From Erysipelotrichaceae bacterium (GTDB lineage Bacteria > Bacillota_I > Bacilli_A > Erysipelotrichales > Erysipelotrichaceae), in assembly GCA_017473265.1 (NCBI GenBank), contig JAFULQ010000022.1, positions 4,954 to 68,953 of the forward strand: DNA of 64,000 nt, written 5' to 3'. This document shows positions 28,291-37,783 of this stretch, piece after piece. The first letter of the stretch is position 1; the number at the start of each line of letters is the position of its first letter. The notes under the pieces were generated by a model. It saw nothing but the letters and a program-made list of their open reading frames with translations, was not told where the DNA came from and did no database searches. The position numbers were made by a program, and so were the translations under genes.

Positions 28291-28368
28291 CGCGGGGTAG
28301 AGCAGTCTGGTTAGCTCGTCGGGCTCATAACCCGGAGGTCGTTGGTTCAAATCCTTCCCCCGCAACCA
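28291..28368 (+). tRNA. initiator tRNA-fMet (anticodon CAT)
   Basis: The C1xA72 mismatch is present (CGCGGGG...CCCCGCA), as are three G-C pairs next to the anticodon loop CTCATAA. The T loop is TTCAAAT and CCA is encoded. The T stem GTTGG/CCTTC has two U-U mismatches (see findings). Confidence 0.85.
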
Positions 28369-28370
28369 AT

Positions 28371-28446
<76 letters not shown>

Positions 28447-28458
28447 TTGAGTTAAATT

Positions 28459-28488
28459 AGCACTTATCGAAAGATAAGTGCTTTTTTA
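28459..28488 (+). terminator. intrinsic terminator after the tRNA pair
   Basis: The hairpin is AGCACTTATC-GAAA-GATAAGTGCT followed by TTTTTT. Confidence 0.8.
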
Positions 28489-28530
28489 TTTCTATAAGAA
28501 TATGGTATACTAGTATACGAGGTGAACGAT

Positions 28531-28962
28531 ATGTTTAAGATCTATAACAAAGATGCACTAACACGCAATGAACGTTTTCAAAACGCTTGTGTTGTAGGTA
28601 TATTAACAACTTTAGGATTAACAATTGCTTACGGTATTCTATCAAATGTTCTATTCTTAGAATTACAAATTCTTTATATGGCAATTGGATACCTAATTGG
28701 TATGTCTATTCAAAAAGCAGGACGTGGTGTACAAGTTCGCTTTTCCGTATTAGGTGCAATTTGTGCATTTGTTTGTTTCTTTGTTGGAGATATCATTAGT
28801 ATCTTTGGTTTTTCAGCATTATTCACACCTAGCATGTATGGTATTGTATTACGTTCTGTAATATCTATGTGGTTAGGTGGAATGGATTTTTCTACACTTT
28901 TATCTTTAGCCTTTAGAGTAATAGGAATTTATTTTGCTTATGTCTATGCAAGAATCGTTTAA
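28531..28962 (+). CDS. small polytopic membrane protein, unknown function
   Basis: The ATG at 28531 lies behind GAGGTG; the track uses the GTG at 28522. It has four hydrophobic helices. Confidence 0.65.
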   Translation: MFKIYNKDALTRNERFQNACVVGILTTLGLTIAYGILSNVLFLELQILYMAIGYLIGMSIQKAGRGVQVRFSVLGAICAFVCFFVGDIISIFGFSALFTPSMYGIVLRSVISMWLGGMDFSTLLSLAFRVIGIYFAYVYARIV

Positions 28963-30058
28963 TATGTTTCGTAAAACTTGGATTGATATCGATTTTGATG
29001 CTTTAGAATTCAACCTAAAGCATTTTCGTCGTGACAATAAAGAACTAATTTTCGTTGTAAAAGCCAATGGATATGGTCATGGAGATTTAAAGGTAAGTAA
29101 ATTTGCATACCAACATTGTGATATTAATTGGATTGCCGTTTCTTCATTAGATGAAGCCTATCACATTCATAAACATGTACCTGAACTTAATATCCTAGTT
29201 TTAGGCTATACCGATTATCAATACATTCCAATCGCGATTGAAAATAATATTACATTAATTATTCCATCTTTAGAATATGCACAAAACTTACCTGAAACAA
29301 GTCATGGATTACATGTGCATATTAAAGTAGATACAGGTATGAATCGTTTAGGTTGTAAAACTGCAAATGAATTACAAGAAATCATTAATATTTTATTATC
29401 TAAGGGTGTATTTATTGATGGTATTTTCTCTCATTTTGCTTGTAGCGATCAAAAAGATGGAGATATGAGCAAAAAGCAATATAACCAATTCAAAGAAATG
29501 GTTATTTCTTCAAATTATAACTTTCCAATGGTTCATATTGCTAATACAGATGGTAGTTATATAAAAGATGATTTCTGCAATGCCAAACGTGTGGGATTAG
29601 GCGCCTATGGATATAGTGCCTTTGAAAACCTAAAACCATGTCTTTCTTTAAAAACACAAGTCATTGCCATTAAAGAAATTGAAAAAGATGAATCTGTAAG
29701 TTATGGCGCTGTATATCACGCCAATAAAAAAGAATGGATAGCAACCATTCCTATTGGATATGCCGATGGTTGGTTAAGAAGGAACGAAGGACGCACAGTC
29801 TATGTAAACAACACTCCAGCAACCCTTATTGGACGCATATGCATGGATCAATGCATGATCCGTTTAGATGAATATGTACCAATTGGTACTGAAGTAGAAT
29901 TAATTGGACCAAATATGCCAATTACAACGATTGCCAACGAAACACAAACCATACCATATGAAATCATTACAACATTATCTGATAGAATTCCTAGAATCTA
30001 TCATTACAAAAATGAAATCATCGGTCATTGTTTAACCAGATTCCCAAGTGTTGATTAA
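28940..30058 (+). CDS. alr: alanine racemase
   Basis: The PLP-lysine motif VVKANGYGHG is present, along with the C-terminal YGAVY and PIGYADGW. The start is ambiguous (TTG 28934, or ATG 28940, 28946 or 28964). Confidence 0.9.
   Translation: MSMQESFNMFRKTWIDIDFDALEFNLKHFRRDNKELIFVVKANGYGHGDLKVSKFAYQHCDINWIAVSSLDEAYHIHKHVPELNILVLGYTDYQYIPIAIENNITLIIPSLEYAQNLPETSHGLHVHIKVDTGMNRLGCKTANELQEIINILLSKGVFIDGIFSHFACSDQKDGDMSKKQYNQFKEMVISSNYNFPMVHIANTDGSYIKDDFCNAKRVGLGAYGYSAFENLKPCLSLKTQVIAIKEIEKDESVSYGAVYHANKKEWIATIPIGYADGWLRRNEGRTVYVNNTPATLIGRICMDQCMIRLDEYVPIGTEVELIGPNMPITTIANETQTIPYEIITTLSDRIPRIYHYKNEIIGHCLTRFPSVD
29999..30058. repeat. direct repeat copy 1 (the functional 3' end of alr)
   Basis: It is 55/60 identical to 32213..32272 by my hand alignment. 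Confidence 0.9.
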
Positions 30059-30067
30059 AAAGTAAAT

Positions 30068-30089
30068 GAGGTGAACAAATGTTCACCTC
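30068..30089. terminator. hairpin terminator between alr and the convergent CWB2 gene
   Basis: The hairpin is GAGGTGAAC-AAAT-GTTCACCTC followed by a T-rich tract. Confidence 0.65.
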
Positions 30090-30093
30090 TTAT

Positions 30094-32106
30094 TTATTCT
30101 TCACCAATACTGTCTAAACTATCATAGATTTCTTCATCAGATGAAAGACCAAATACCGTACGAACTGCATCATTAGTAATTAATGCTGATCCACCAATCG
30201 TAAATCCGATTGCAAGTTCTCTTTCCATGATATAATCTCTAGCTAACTTATTATTCTTTGTAGAATCAGTAAGAATTAATGGCGCTCTCAAAATATAAGC
30301 CAAAGGACCTGCGCTCAATCCATCAGGGAAATTCTTCGCATATGCAATAACCGCCGCATCAATGTCGTCGAAATATTTTTCAGCAACCTTAATACTTGTT
30401 TCATAGCGATCCTTACCAGCATAACGCTTTACAGTACCCCAATTCATACACTCATACTCTACTTTTTTACTTACTGCACTTGTGCCACCAATAATACGAA
30501 TCTCTGCACCAACATTGGCTTGCAAATACTCTTTTTGCGCCTTGCTCAATGTTTTTCCAACTAACAAAATTGGTTTACCTAAAGCACTTACACTTAAACT
30601 ATCCGCAAAACCAGTACCCGTACACACAAGAATATGATTCGCTTTAACAGGAACTTCATTTAAAATCATTAAATTTGTTTCATAACGATCTTTACCAGCT
30701 AAACGTTTTACATTATAATTACGATCTTTTAAATACTGATCAATTGTTCCAGAAACAGCATTTTCACCACCCAAAATATATACATTAGCACCTTCACTAG
30801 TATTTTCGTCAATATATTCTACTAAATCATTAATCACAGTAGTCTTACGATTCGTCATCAAAATTGGCGCTCCATAATATGCAGCCAAATAACTACCAGC
30901 TAAAGCGTCTGCATAATTTTCCCCATTCGCAATAATTACTGTATTAGGTCTGCCAAATATAGCATGCATGAAATCCGCTGTAGCAAATGCCGTTGCATAA
31001 CGATTATCACCCGCCAAACGGAATACCGTTGTAATATTTTCTACAACTTCAATATTGCAAGTTGCTTTTATTCCATTATTTGTTGTAGCTGTAATTACTG
31101 CACTACCAATTGCATGAGCTCTCATCCATCCATATTCATCCACAGTAACAATATCCGTATTACTTGATGTAAATGTTACTTCAGCCTCAATTGCTATATC
31201 ATCAACAAATACATCAAAGAACAGTGGATATTCATCACCAACTTCAAGCCTTACTTTACTAGAATCAAATACAATCGCAGTAGGATCCTTTTTCACTAAA
31301 TTAAACGCACAATCATTAAAATTTGTAGTACTTGCATCAACAACTTTACAGTTTTCGCCTTGGTCTGTAATATAGATTTCTGTAAGTTTCCAAGTACCTT
31401 CTTCTGCTTCATCTCCAAATATTTCAAAATTAACAGGATATACATTGTTAGAAATATCAGTTTCATCAAAGTAGTCGCGTTTATATACTTCATTACCACT
31501 AGGTGATTCCAAAACAACATCAATATATTCTATTTTATTATCATCTGTAGCTTCAATAAAAAACGTATTTTTTTGACCAATTAATAAATCCTTCTTATCA
31601 ATAGAAACACCATGAAAAACAGGTTCTGTAACATCTGCGTTATCACCACCAGAGAAAGTAAAGTTATACGCATTCAGATTCATATATTTAGTTGTTAAAT
31701 CAGATTCTTGTTCCACTTCACTATGATTCACAAATAAGTAATTATCTTGAGCATCACAAAAATAAGCATAATGCCATTTCCACATACCATTTTGAAAAGT
31801 ATCATCTGTTTCAATATTTAGTGTATACACACCTTCTGGATTACCATTATCATAATTAGCAGAAAAACCAATTGAAGCTCCAGTAATTGGCATAAAAAAC
31901 TCTACATAAATATAATTAATATGGTTTAAAGAATTATTTACATGAAAAGTATAGGATACCGTATCACCAGCAACCACTTCCGTTTTATTGACACTCATAC
32001 CACTGTACACAATGTCATTAACTTCTTCCGCATGAATCGATGGATTTACATTGATTATAGAGCACGCAAGAACTAATGCCATTAACAATTTAAATATTTT
32101 CATCAC
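30094..32106 (-). CDS. secreted cell-wall-binding (CWB2) surface protein with a Big_2 domain
   Basis: A signal peptide is present (MMKIFKLLMALVLACSIINVNPSIHA). Two related N-terminal beta-rich modules follow, then a Big_2-like segment (VTFTSSNTDIVTVDEYGWMRAHAIGSAVITATT). Three CWB2 repeats close the protein (RLAGDNRYATA, RLAGKDRYETN, RYAGKDRYETS). Confidence 0.85.
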   Translation of the reverse strand: MMKIFKLLMALVLACSIINVNPSIHAEEVNDIVYSGMSVNKTEVVAGDTVSYTFHVNNSLNHINYIYVEFFMPITGASIGFSANYDNGNPEGVYTLNIETDDTFQNGMWKWHYAYFCDAQDNYLFVNHSEVEQESDLTTKYMNLNAYNFTFSGGDNADVTEPVFHGVSIDKKDLLIGQKNTFFIEATDDNKIEYIDVVLESPSGNEVYKRDYFDETDISNNVYPVNFEIFGDEAEEGTWKLTEIYITDQGENCKVVDASTTNFNDCAFNLVKKDPTAIVFDSSKVRLEVGDEYPLFFDVFVDDIAIEAEVTFTSSNTDIVTVDEYGWMRAHAIGSAVITATTNNGIKATCNIEVVENITTVFRLAGDNRYATAFATADFMHAIFGRPNTVIIANGENYADALAGSYLAAYYGAPILMTNRKTTVINDLVEYIDENTSEGANVYILGGENAVSGTIDQYLKDRNYNVKRLAGKDRYETNLMILNEVPVKANHILVCTGTGFADSLSVSALGKPILLVGKTLSKAQKEYLQANVGAEIRIIGGTSAVSKKVEYECMNWGTVKRYAGKDRYETSIKVAEKYFDDIDAAVIAYAKNFPDGLSAGPLAYILRAPLILTDSTKNNKLARDYIMERELAIGFTIGGSALITNDAVRTVFGLSSDEEIYDSLDSIGEE

Positions 32107-32212
32107 AAAGTTTCCTCCTATATTTGTATTTTTATTATATCAAACATATAAAAACATAACTACATACATGACTGTAAATTTCTTGTTAATTATTACACGC
32201 GTTATCAACAAA

Positions 32213-32272
32213 TATCATTATAAAAATGAAATCATCGCTCATTGTTTAACTAGGTTCCCAAGTGTCGATTAA
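32213..32272. repeat. direct repeat copy 2 (relic of an alr 3' end, including its stop codon)
   Basis: In the alr frame it encodes YHYKNEIIAHCLTRFPSVD*. It has 5 differences from copy 1, and 4 of them are synonymous third-position changes. Confidence 0.9.
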
Positions 32273-32274
32273 GA

Positions 32275-32305
32275 AAAACATCCAGTATAAATCACTGGAT
32301 GTTTT
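32275..32305. terminator. bidirectional hairpin terminator after the relic alr end
   Basis: The hairpin is AAAACATCCAGT-ATAAATC-ACTGGATGTTTT. Confidence 0.7.
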
Positions 32306-32837
32306 ATTTATAATCTGCCCAAAACTTTTTAGAATAATCATCGACTGTTTCATTATTCTCTATTGTCACTCTACGATATAAATAATCTAAATTAACAGCT
32401 TCTAAAAACATAGCTATTTCATTTCTTAATTTCTCTTCTTCATCTTTTCTATAACCAATTGCACAAGAAAGTTCTCCAATCATACAGAAATCCTCAGATA
32501 AATGCAAATCACCCACTCCAATGCTTGGATTGGACACCTCGCCAACCATTCCCGGATGAAATATAATAGGAGAAATATCATGAAATACCGAACGATGATA
32601 CGTATATTTTTCAAGAATATCTAGTACTTCTTCATATGCTACATCTTCACTAGATAATTTATAGGTTTTACTTTTAATTATACGACTTGTTTCACCCGTA
32701 ATTGTAGTAACGGAAACACGAAGTTCTAAAGAATCATTACTATTCCTTTCAATTCACTCGCGCAAATTCATTGGACGATACTTATATCCTACAAAAAATA
32801 ACAACACACAAACAAATACCAAGATCCATTTTTTCAT
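32304..32837 (-). pseudogene. membrane-anchored protein of unknown function interrupted by one in-frame TGA (codon 28)
   Basis: ATG 32837 gives MKKWILVFVCVLLFFVGYKYRPMNLRE. A TGA follows at 32756..32754, and the same frame continues as IERNSNDSLELRVSVTTITGETSR... into the track ORF 32304..32549. I verified the frame by coordinate arithmetic (81 and 207 nt). Confidence 0.6.
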
Positions 32838-32861
32838 ACCATCACCTACTAATATTATAAC

Positions 32862-32888
32862 AAAAAAAGGCTCGATTACTCGAGCCTT
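32862..32888 (-). terminator. intrinsic terminator of the PFOR gene
   Basis: On the minus strand the hairpin is AAGGCTCGA-GTAA-TCGAGCCTT followed by TTTTTTT. Confidence 0.8.
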
Positions 32889-32894
32889 AAGATA

Positions 32895-35800
32895 TTAGTT
32901 TTCAGCCAATTTAACTAAACGGTTGTAACGTTTTTCAGCATCTTTACGACATCTTTCGAACATTTCGTAAGCTGTTTCATTACCTTTTAGTTTCAATAAT
33001 TGAGCATAACGTGTTTCGTTCAATAAGAAGTTATTGAATTCATCGAAGTTAGGCGCTTTAGAGTCGATAGTTAATGGTTGTTCTTTACGTGGGTCGAAAC
33101 GATATAATGTTACATAACCGCACTTAACAGCATTAGCTTGAACTCTTTGATGGTTAGCTAAACCACCTTTGATACCATGGTTAGCACATGGAGAGTAAGC
33201 AATGATTAGAGATGGTCCATCATAGCTTTCAGCTTCTTTAATAGCTTTTAATGTTTGAACTTTGTCAGCACCCATAGCGATAGAAGCAACATATACATGT
33301 CCATAAGCCATAGCGATTTGTCCTAAGTCTTTCTTAGCAGTTGGTTTACCACCAGCAGCGAACTTAGCGATAGAAGCTGCTTGAGAAGATTTAGAAGATT
33401 GTCCACCTGTGTTAGAGTAAACTTCTGTATCTAATACTAATACATTAACATTTAAGTTATTAGCTAATACATGGTCTAATCCACCGTAACCGATGTCATA
33501 AGCCCAACCGTCTCCACCAACGATCCATACAGACTTACCTACTAAGTCACGTTCGTAGTCTAATAATTCCTTAACTGCTTCATTTGCACTAGCCTTAACC
33601 CCATCAACGATAGGTTTAACTAATTCTCTTTGAGCATCACGGTTATTACCAGCTTCTAAGTACTTAGCAAATACTTCTTTTAATTCTGGTTCAACAGTTT
33701 CCATGTTGTCTTCCATAACCTTCAAGATTCTAGCTTCCTTGAAGTTTTGAGCCAATGCCATACCATAACCGTATTCAGCATTGTCTTCGAACAATGAGTT
33801 AGCCCAAGCAACACCATTACCATCTTTATCGTTAACGAATGGAGTAGATGGAGTTGATGAAGAGTAAATCATTGAACATCCAGTAGCATTAGCTACCATC
33901 ATATCTTTACCAAATAATTGAGATACTAATTTGTAATATGGAGTTTCACCACATCCTGGACAAGCACCAGATACTTCAAAATAAGGCATTAAGAATTGAG
34001 AACCCTTAACAGTGTCTGTTGAGAAGTATTCTGTCTTGTAAGGAACTTCTTTGAATAAGTAGTCAGCAAGAGGAACTTGATCAAGTTTAGCGTTAACGTC
34101 AACCATTTCAAGAGCCTTAGCGCCTCTCATACCTGGACATTCAGTAACACATAATCCGCAACCTACGCAGTTGTCAGGTGAAACTTGAACGCGGAATTGT
34201 AATCCTTCAACGCCTTTACCCATAGCAGGTTTTGTCTTGAATTCCATTGGAGCATTCGCAACTTCTTCTTCAGTTAATAAGAAAGTACGGATTGTTCCAT
34301 GAGGACATACATAAGAACAGAAACCACATTGGATACAGTTTGCAGGATCCCATGTAGGAACTTGAACAGCAATTGTTCTTCTTTCTTCATAAGCAACGTT
34401 ATTACGGATAGAACCGTCTAATAAACCATACTTAGTGAAAGCACTAACTGGCATATCATAACCTTCTAAGTGGTTAATTGGAGCCACGTGTTTATCAAAG
34501 TATTCATCACCAGTTAATTTTCTACCAGAATCATATGGTAAGTTAGCCCATTCTGGTTTAACTTCGATTTCAACTAATCCACCCTTACCAGAGTCGATAG
34601 CATTGTAGTTCGCTTGAACTACATCTTCACCCTTCTTAGAGTAAGATTTGTAAGCAGCCTTCTTCATTAATTCAACAGAAGTTTCATAAGGCATGATTTG
34701 TTCGTTCAATGCGAAGAATGCAGATTGAAGAATTGTATTAGTTCTTCTACCCATACCGATTTCACGAGCGATATCTGTAGCATTAATGATATAGAATTTA
34801 GCTTCTTTCTTAGCTAATGTAGCTTTTAAGCGATTTGGTAAGTGATCTTCTAATTCATCCTTAGAGAATGTTGTATTCAATAAGAATGTTCCACCTTTCT
34901 TAAGATCTTTAACCATATCATATTTGAAGATATAAGCATCTAAAGAACAAGAAATAAAGTCAGCATTGTTAATATAGTAAGTAGAACGGATTGGAGAATT
35001 ACCAAAACGTAAGTGAGAACGAGTTACTCCACCAGCTTTCTTAGAGTCATAAGCAAAGTAAGCTTGTACATATTGGTCAGTATTATCACCAATAATCTTA
35101 ATAGAGTTCTTGTTAGCACCAACAGTACCATCAGAACCTAAACCATAGAATAAGCAAGAAGTATAATCTGCTTCAACTTCAAAGTTAGGGTCTACATCTA
35201 ATGATAAGTTAGTAACATCATCAACGATACCGATTGTGAATTCATTCTTAGGTTCATCTTTAGCTAATTCATCATAGATAGCTTTGATTTGGTTAGGAGC
35301 AGTATCCTTAGAACCTAAACCATAACGGCCACCAGTAATTACTAATTCTTTACGATCTTTTAATGCATCTAATACATCTAAGTATAATGGTTCACGTCCA
35401 CCCATTTCTTTTGTACGGTCTAATACAGCAATTTTCTTAACTGTTTCAGGCAATACAGCTGTTAAATACTTAACAGAGAAAGGACGATATAAATGAACTT
35501 TTACTAAACCAACTTTTTCACCATGAGCTACTAAAGTATCAATAGTTTCTTTAATTGTTTCAGTAACTGAACCCATAGCCACGATAATACGATCTGCATC
35601 AGCAGCACCATAATATGTGAAAGGAGCATAGTCACGGCCAGTAACTTTAGAAATTTCAGCCATGTATTCTGCTACGATATCAGGAACTTTAGCGTAGTGA
35701 GAGTTTTGAGCTTCTCTTCCTTGGAAGAAAATGTCATCATTTTCAGCACCACCACGAGTAACAGGATTGCTATGTGGGTTTAATGCGCTAGCTTTATAAG

Positions 35801-36404
35801 AAGCTAATGCTTCTCTATCGATTAAACGTTTGTAAACTTCATAATCCATAACTTCAACTTTTTGAATTTCGTGAGATGTACGGAATCCATCGAAGAAATG
35901 AATAAATGGAGCGTGAGCTTTAATAGCTGCTAAGTGAGCAACACCACCTAAGTCCATAGCTTCTTGAACAGAGTGAGATGCCAACATACAAACACCAGTT
36001 TGACGGCATGCATAAACGTCTTCATGATCGCCAAAGATATTTAAAGCACGTCCAGCAATAGCTCTAGCTGCCACGTGAATAACACCTGGTAAGCATTCAC
36101 CAACCATCTTATAGATGTTTGGAATCATTAATAATAAACCTTGAGATGCTGTAAATGTAGTAGATAATGTACCACCTTGTAAAGCACCATGAACAGCCCC
36201 AGCAGCTCCACCTTCAGATTGCATTTCGCAAACTTTTACGATGCTATCAAAGATATTTTTGCGCCCTTGAGTTGCCCATTCATCAACAACTTCAGCCATA
36301 GTTGAAGATGGTGTAATAGGATAAATAGCAGCTACTTCAGTAAATGCATACGAACAATGCGCAGCAGCTGTATTACCATCCATTGACATAAATGTTTTTG
36401 TCAT
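32895..36404 (-). CDS. nifJ: pyruvate:ferredoxin (flavodoxin) oxidoreductase
   Basis: It is a 1169-aa single-chain PFOR. Two 4Fe-4S motifs (CIQCGFCSYVCP, CVGCGLCVTECP) and the TPP motif GGDGWAYDIG are present. Confidence 0.95.
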   Translation of the reverse strand: MTKTFMSMDGNTAAAHCSYAFTEVAAIYPITPSSTMAEVVDEWATQGRKNIFDSIVKVCEMQSEGGAAGAVHGALQGGTLSTTFTASQGLLLMIPNIYKMVGECLPGVIHVAARAIAGRALNIFGDHEDVYACRQTGVCMLASHSVQEAMDLGGVAHLAAIKAHAPFIHFFDGFRTSHEIQKVEVMDYEVYKRLIDREALASYKASALNPHSNPVTRGGAENDDIFFQGREAQNSHYAKVPDIVAEYMAEISKVTGRDYAPFTYYGAADADRIIVAMGSVTETIKETIDTLVAHGEKVGLVKVHLYRPFSVKYLTAVLPETVKKIAVLDRTKEMGGREPLYLDVLDALKDRKELVITGGRYGLGSKDTAPNQIKAIYDELAKDEPKNEFTIGIVDDVTNLSLDVDPNFEVEADYTSCLFYGLGSDGTVGANKNSIKIIGDNTDQYVQAYFAYDSKKAGGVTRSHLRFGNSPIRSTYYINNADFISCSLDAYIFKYDMVKDLKKGGTFLLNTTFSKDELEDHLPNRLKATLAKKEAKFYIINATDIAREIGMGRRTNTILQSAFFALNEQIMPYETSVELMKKAAYKSYSKKGEDVVQANYNAIDSGKGGLVEIEVKPEWANLPYDSGRKLTGDEYFDKHVAPINHLEGYDMPVSAFTKYGLLDGSIRNNVAYEERRTIAVQVPTWDPANCIQCGFCSYVCPHGTIRTFLLTEEEVANAPMEFKTKPAMGKGVEGLQFRVQVSPDNCVGCGLCVTECPGMRGAKALEMVDVNAKLDQVPLADYLFKEVPYKTEYFSTDTVKGSQFLMPYFEVSGACPGCGETPYYKLVSQLFGKDMMVANATGCSMIYSSSTPSTPFVNDKDGNGVAWANSLFEDNAEYGYGMALAQNFKEARILKVMEDNMETVEPELKEVFAKYLEAGNNRDAQRELVKPIVDGVKASANEAVKELLDYERDLVGKSVWIVGGDGWAYDIGYGGLDHVLANNLNVNVLVLDTEVYSNTGGQSSKSSQAASIAKFAAGGKPTAKKDLGQIAMAYGHVYVASIAMGADKVQTLKAIKEAESYDGPSLIIAYSPCANHGIKGGLANHQRVQANAVKCGYVTLYRFDPRKEQPLTIDSKAPNFDEFNNFLLNETRYAQLLKLKGNETAYEMFERCRKDAEKRYNRLVKLAEN

Positions 36405-36450
36405 ATTTGCCTCCTTATAGTCAAATTCTTACTTATATATTATAAAACAT

Positions 36451-36481
36451 CGACTTCTGATTAACAATAATCAGAAGTCAA
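36451..36481 (-). terminator. intrinsic terminator of the alcohol dehydrogenase gene
   Basis: On the minus strand the hairpin is TTGACTTCTGATTA-TTGT-TAATCAGAAGTCGA followed by a T-rich tract. Confidence 0.7.
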
Positions 36482-36507
36482 CTTTTTCACAACTTTATTG
36501 TATATTT

Positions 36508-37704
36508 TTACCATTCCTTCATTAGTGAATAAATAAATTTAGCATAATCCTCTTTTTTCCATACAACTGGTGTTGGATACAATGGAACCGCTTCCTTATA
36601 TGCCCAATTTACCATTTGATCAATATCTGATTCACAAATACAAGTAGGATACACAGAAATACCCATTTTTTCTTTCAATTCTTCTATCCAAGCAATAAAA
36701 GCTTCTGCTTTTTCCTTAATCGTTCCACCACTACACATATTACATACATCCGCTAAATCTGCCAAATACTTGTATACATGTTCACCATAAGCCCTCATCA
36801 CATGTGGCAATAAAATACCCATAGCCTCACCATGCGCCATACCATATAATCCACTTAACGTATGTCCAATCGCATGCACATTTCCTACACAACCTCTAGT
36901 AAAGGCTCTACCAGCATAGAACGCCGCCTTTTGCATCTTGCTTCTAGCATCTATATTATTTCCATCTTCATAAGCTTTATACAAGTAATCATATACCAAA
37001 CGAACCGCTTCCTTCGCTAAATCATTTTCCAATTTTGTATTATACATCTGATTGGTATACGCTTCTACTGCATGACTTAGTGCATCTAAACCCGTAATTG
37101 CAGTCACCCCTTTGGGTACACTTACTGTTAATTTCGGATCCAACACAGCATATTTAGGCATCAAACAATTATCATTAATAGATGCTTTATGATGCGTACT
37201 CGCTTCTGTAATAACAGCAGCTACTGTAGTCTCGCTTCCTGTACCACTAGTAGTCGGTACAGCATACAAATTAGGAATATTCTTCAATACTCGATACAAT
37301 CCTTGTAATTGCGAAATACTCTTTTTAGGTTTAGCAATTCTCGCCCCAATAGCTTTCGCACAATCCATAGGCGAACCACCACCAAAAGCAACCAAACTAT
37401 CACAATTATTATCTATATACATCTTTACTCCATTTTCTACTTCTGTATCCAATGGATTCGGACTCACTTCACTAAATACCACATAAAATAATTGCAATTC
37501 ACTCATTTTGTCTAACAACGGTTGTAAATATCCATTCTTAAATAAAAACAGATCCGCAACTACCAACACTCTACGATTTCCATTTTTATAAATAACTTCA
37601 GGTAATTGTAAAATACTATCTTCCCCTTCAATGACTTTAGGCATACCCCAAGGTATAACATACATAGCCATTTTCATAATATAATGAAATACACGCACAA
37701 ACAT
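36508..37704 (-). CDS. iron-containing (group III) alcohol dehydrogenase
   Basis: GGGSPMDCAK and a His cluster (HAIGHTLSGLYGMAHGEA) are present. I placed the start at ATG 37704 (MFVRVFHY...) behind GAAGGGGA. Confidence 0.88.
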   Translation of the reverse strand: MFVRVFHYIMKMAMYVIPWGMPKVIEGEDSILQLPEVIYKNGNRRVLVVADLFLFKNGYLQPLLDKMSELQLFYVVFSEVSPNPLDTEVENGVKMYIDNNCDSLVAFGGGSPMDCAKAIGARIAKPKKSISQLQGLYRVLKNIPNLYAVPTTSGTGSETTVAAVITEASTHHKASINDNCLMPKYAVLDPKLTVSVPKGVTAITGLDALSHAVEAYTNQMYNTKLENDLAKEAVRLVYDYLYKAYEDGNNIDARSKMQKAAFYAGRAFTRGCVGNVHAIGHTLSGLYGMAHGEAMGILLPHVMRAYGEHVYKYLADLADVCNMCSGGTIKEKAEAFIAWIEELKEKMGISVYPTCICESDIDQMVNWAYKEAVPLYPTPVVWKKEDYAKFIYSLMKEW

Positions 37705-37783
37705 TTGAATTCCCCTTCCAAACATATTAAGTATACCCTATTTACAATAATTTAGGTTATAATAAATACATGAGGTGAAGCAC

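Noticed and set aside
32051-32272. A 73-aa plus-strand ORF ending in ...YHYKNEIIAHCLTRFPSVD.
   Set aside because: Only its last 19 codons resemble alr. The rest is the promoter and signal-peptide region of the opposite-strand CWB2 gene. I interpret it as a relic repeat, not a gene.
32754-32756. Selenocysteine or TGA=Trp recoding at the in-frame TGA.
   Set aside because: There is no convincing SECIS-like hairpin with proper spacing and no redox-motif context. TGA is used as a genuine stop elsewhere in the window, and no other gene is split. A nonsense mutation or sequencing error is more parsimonious.
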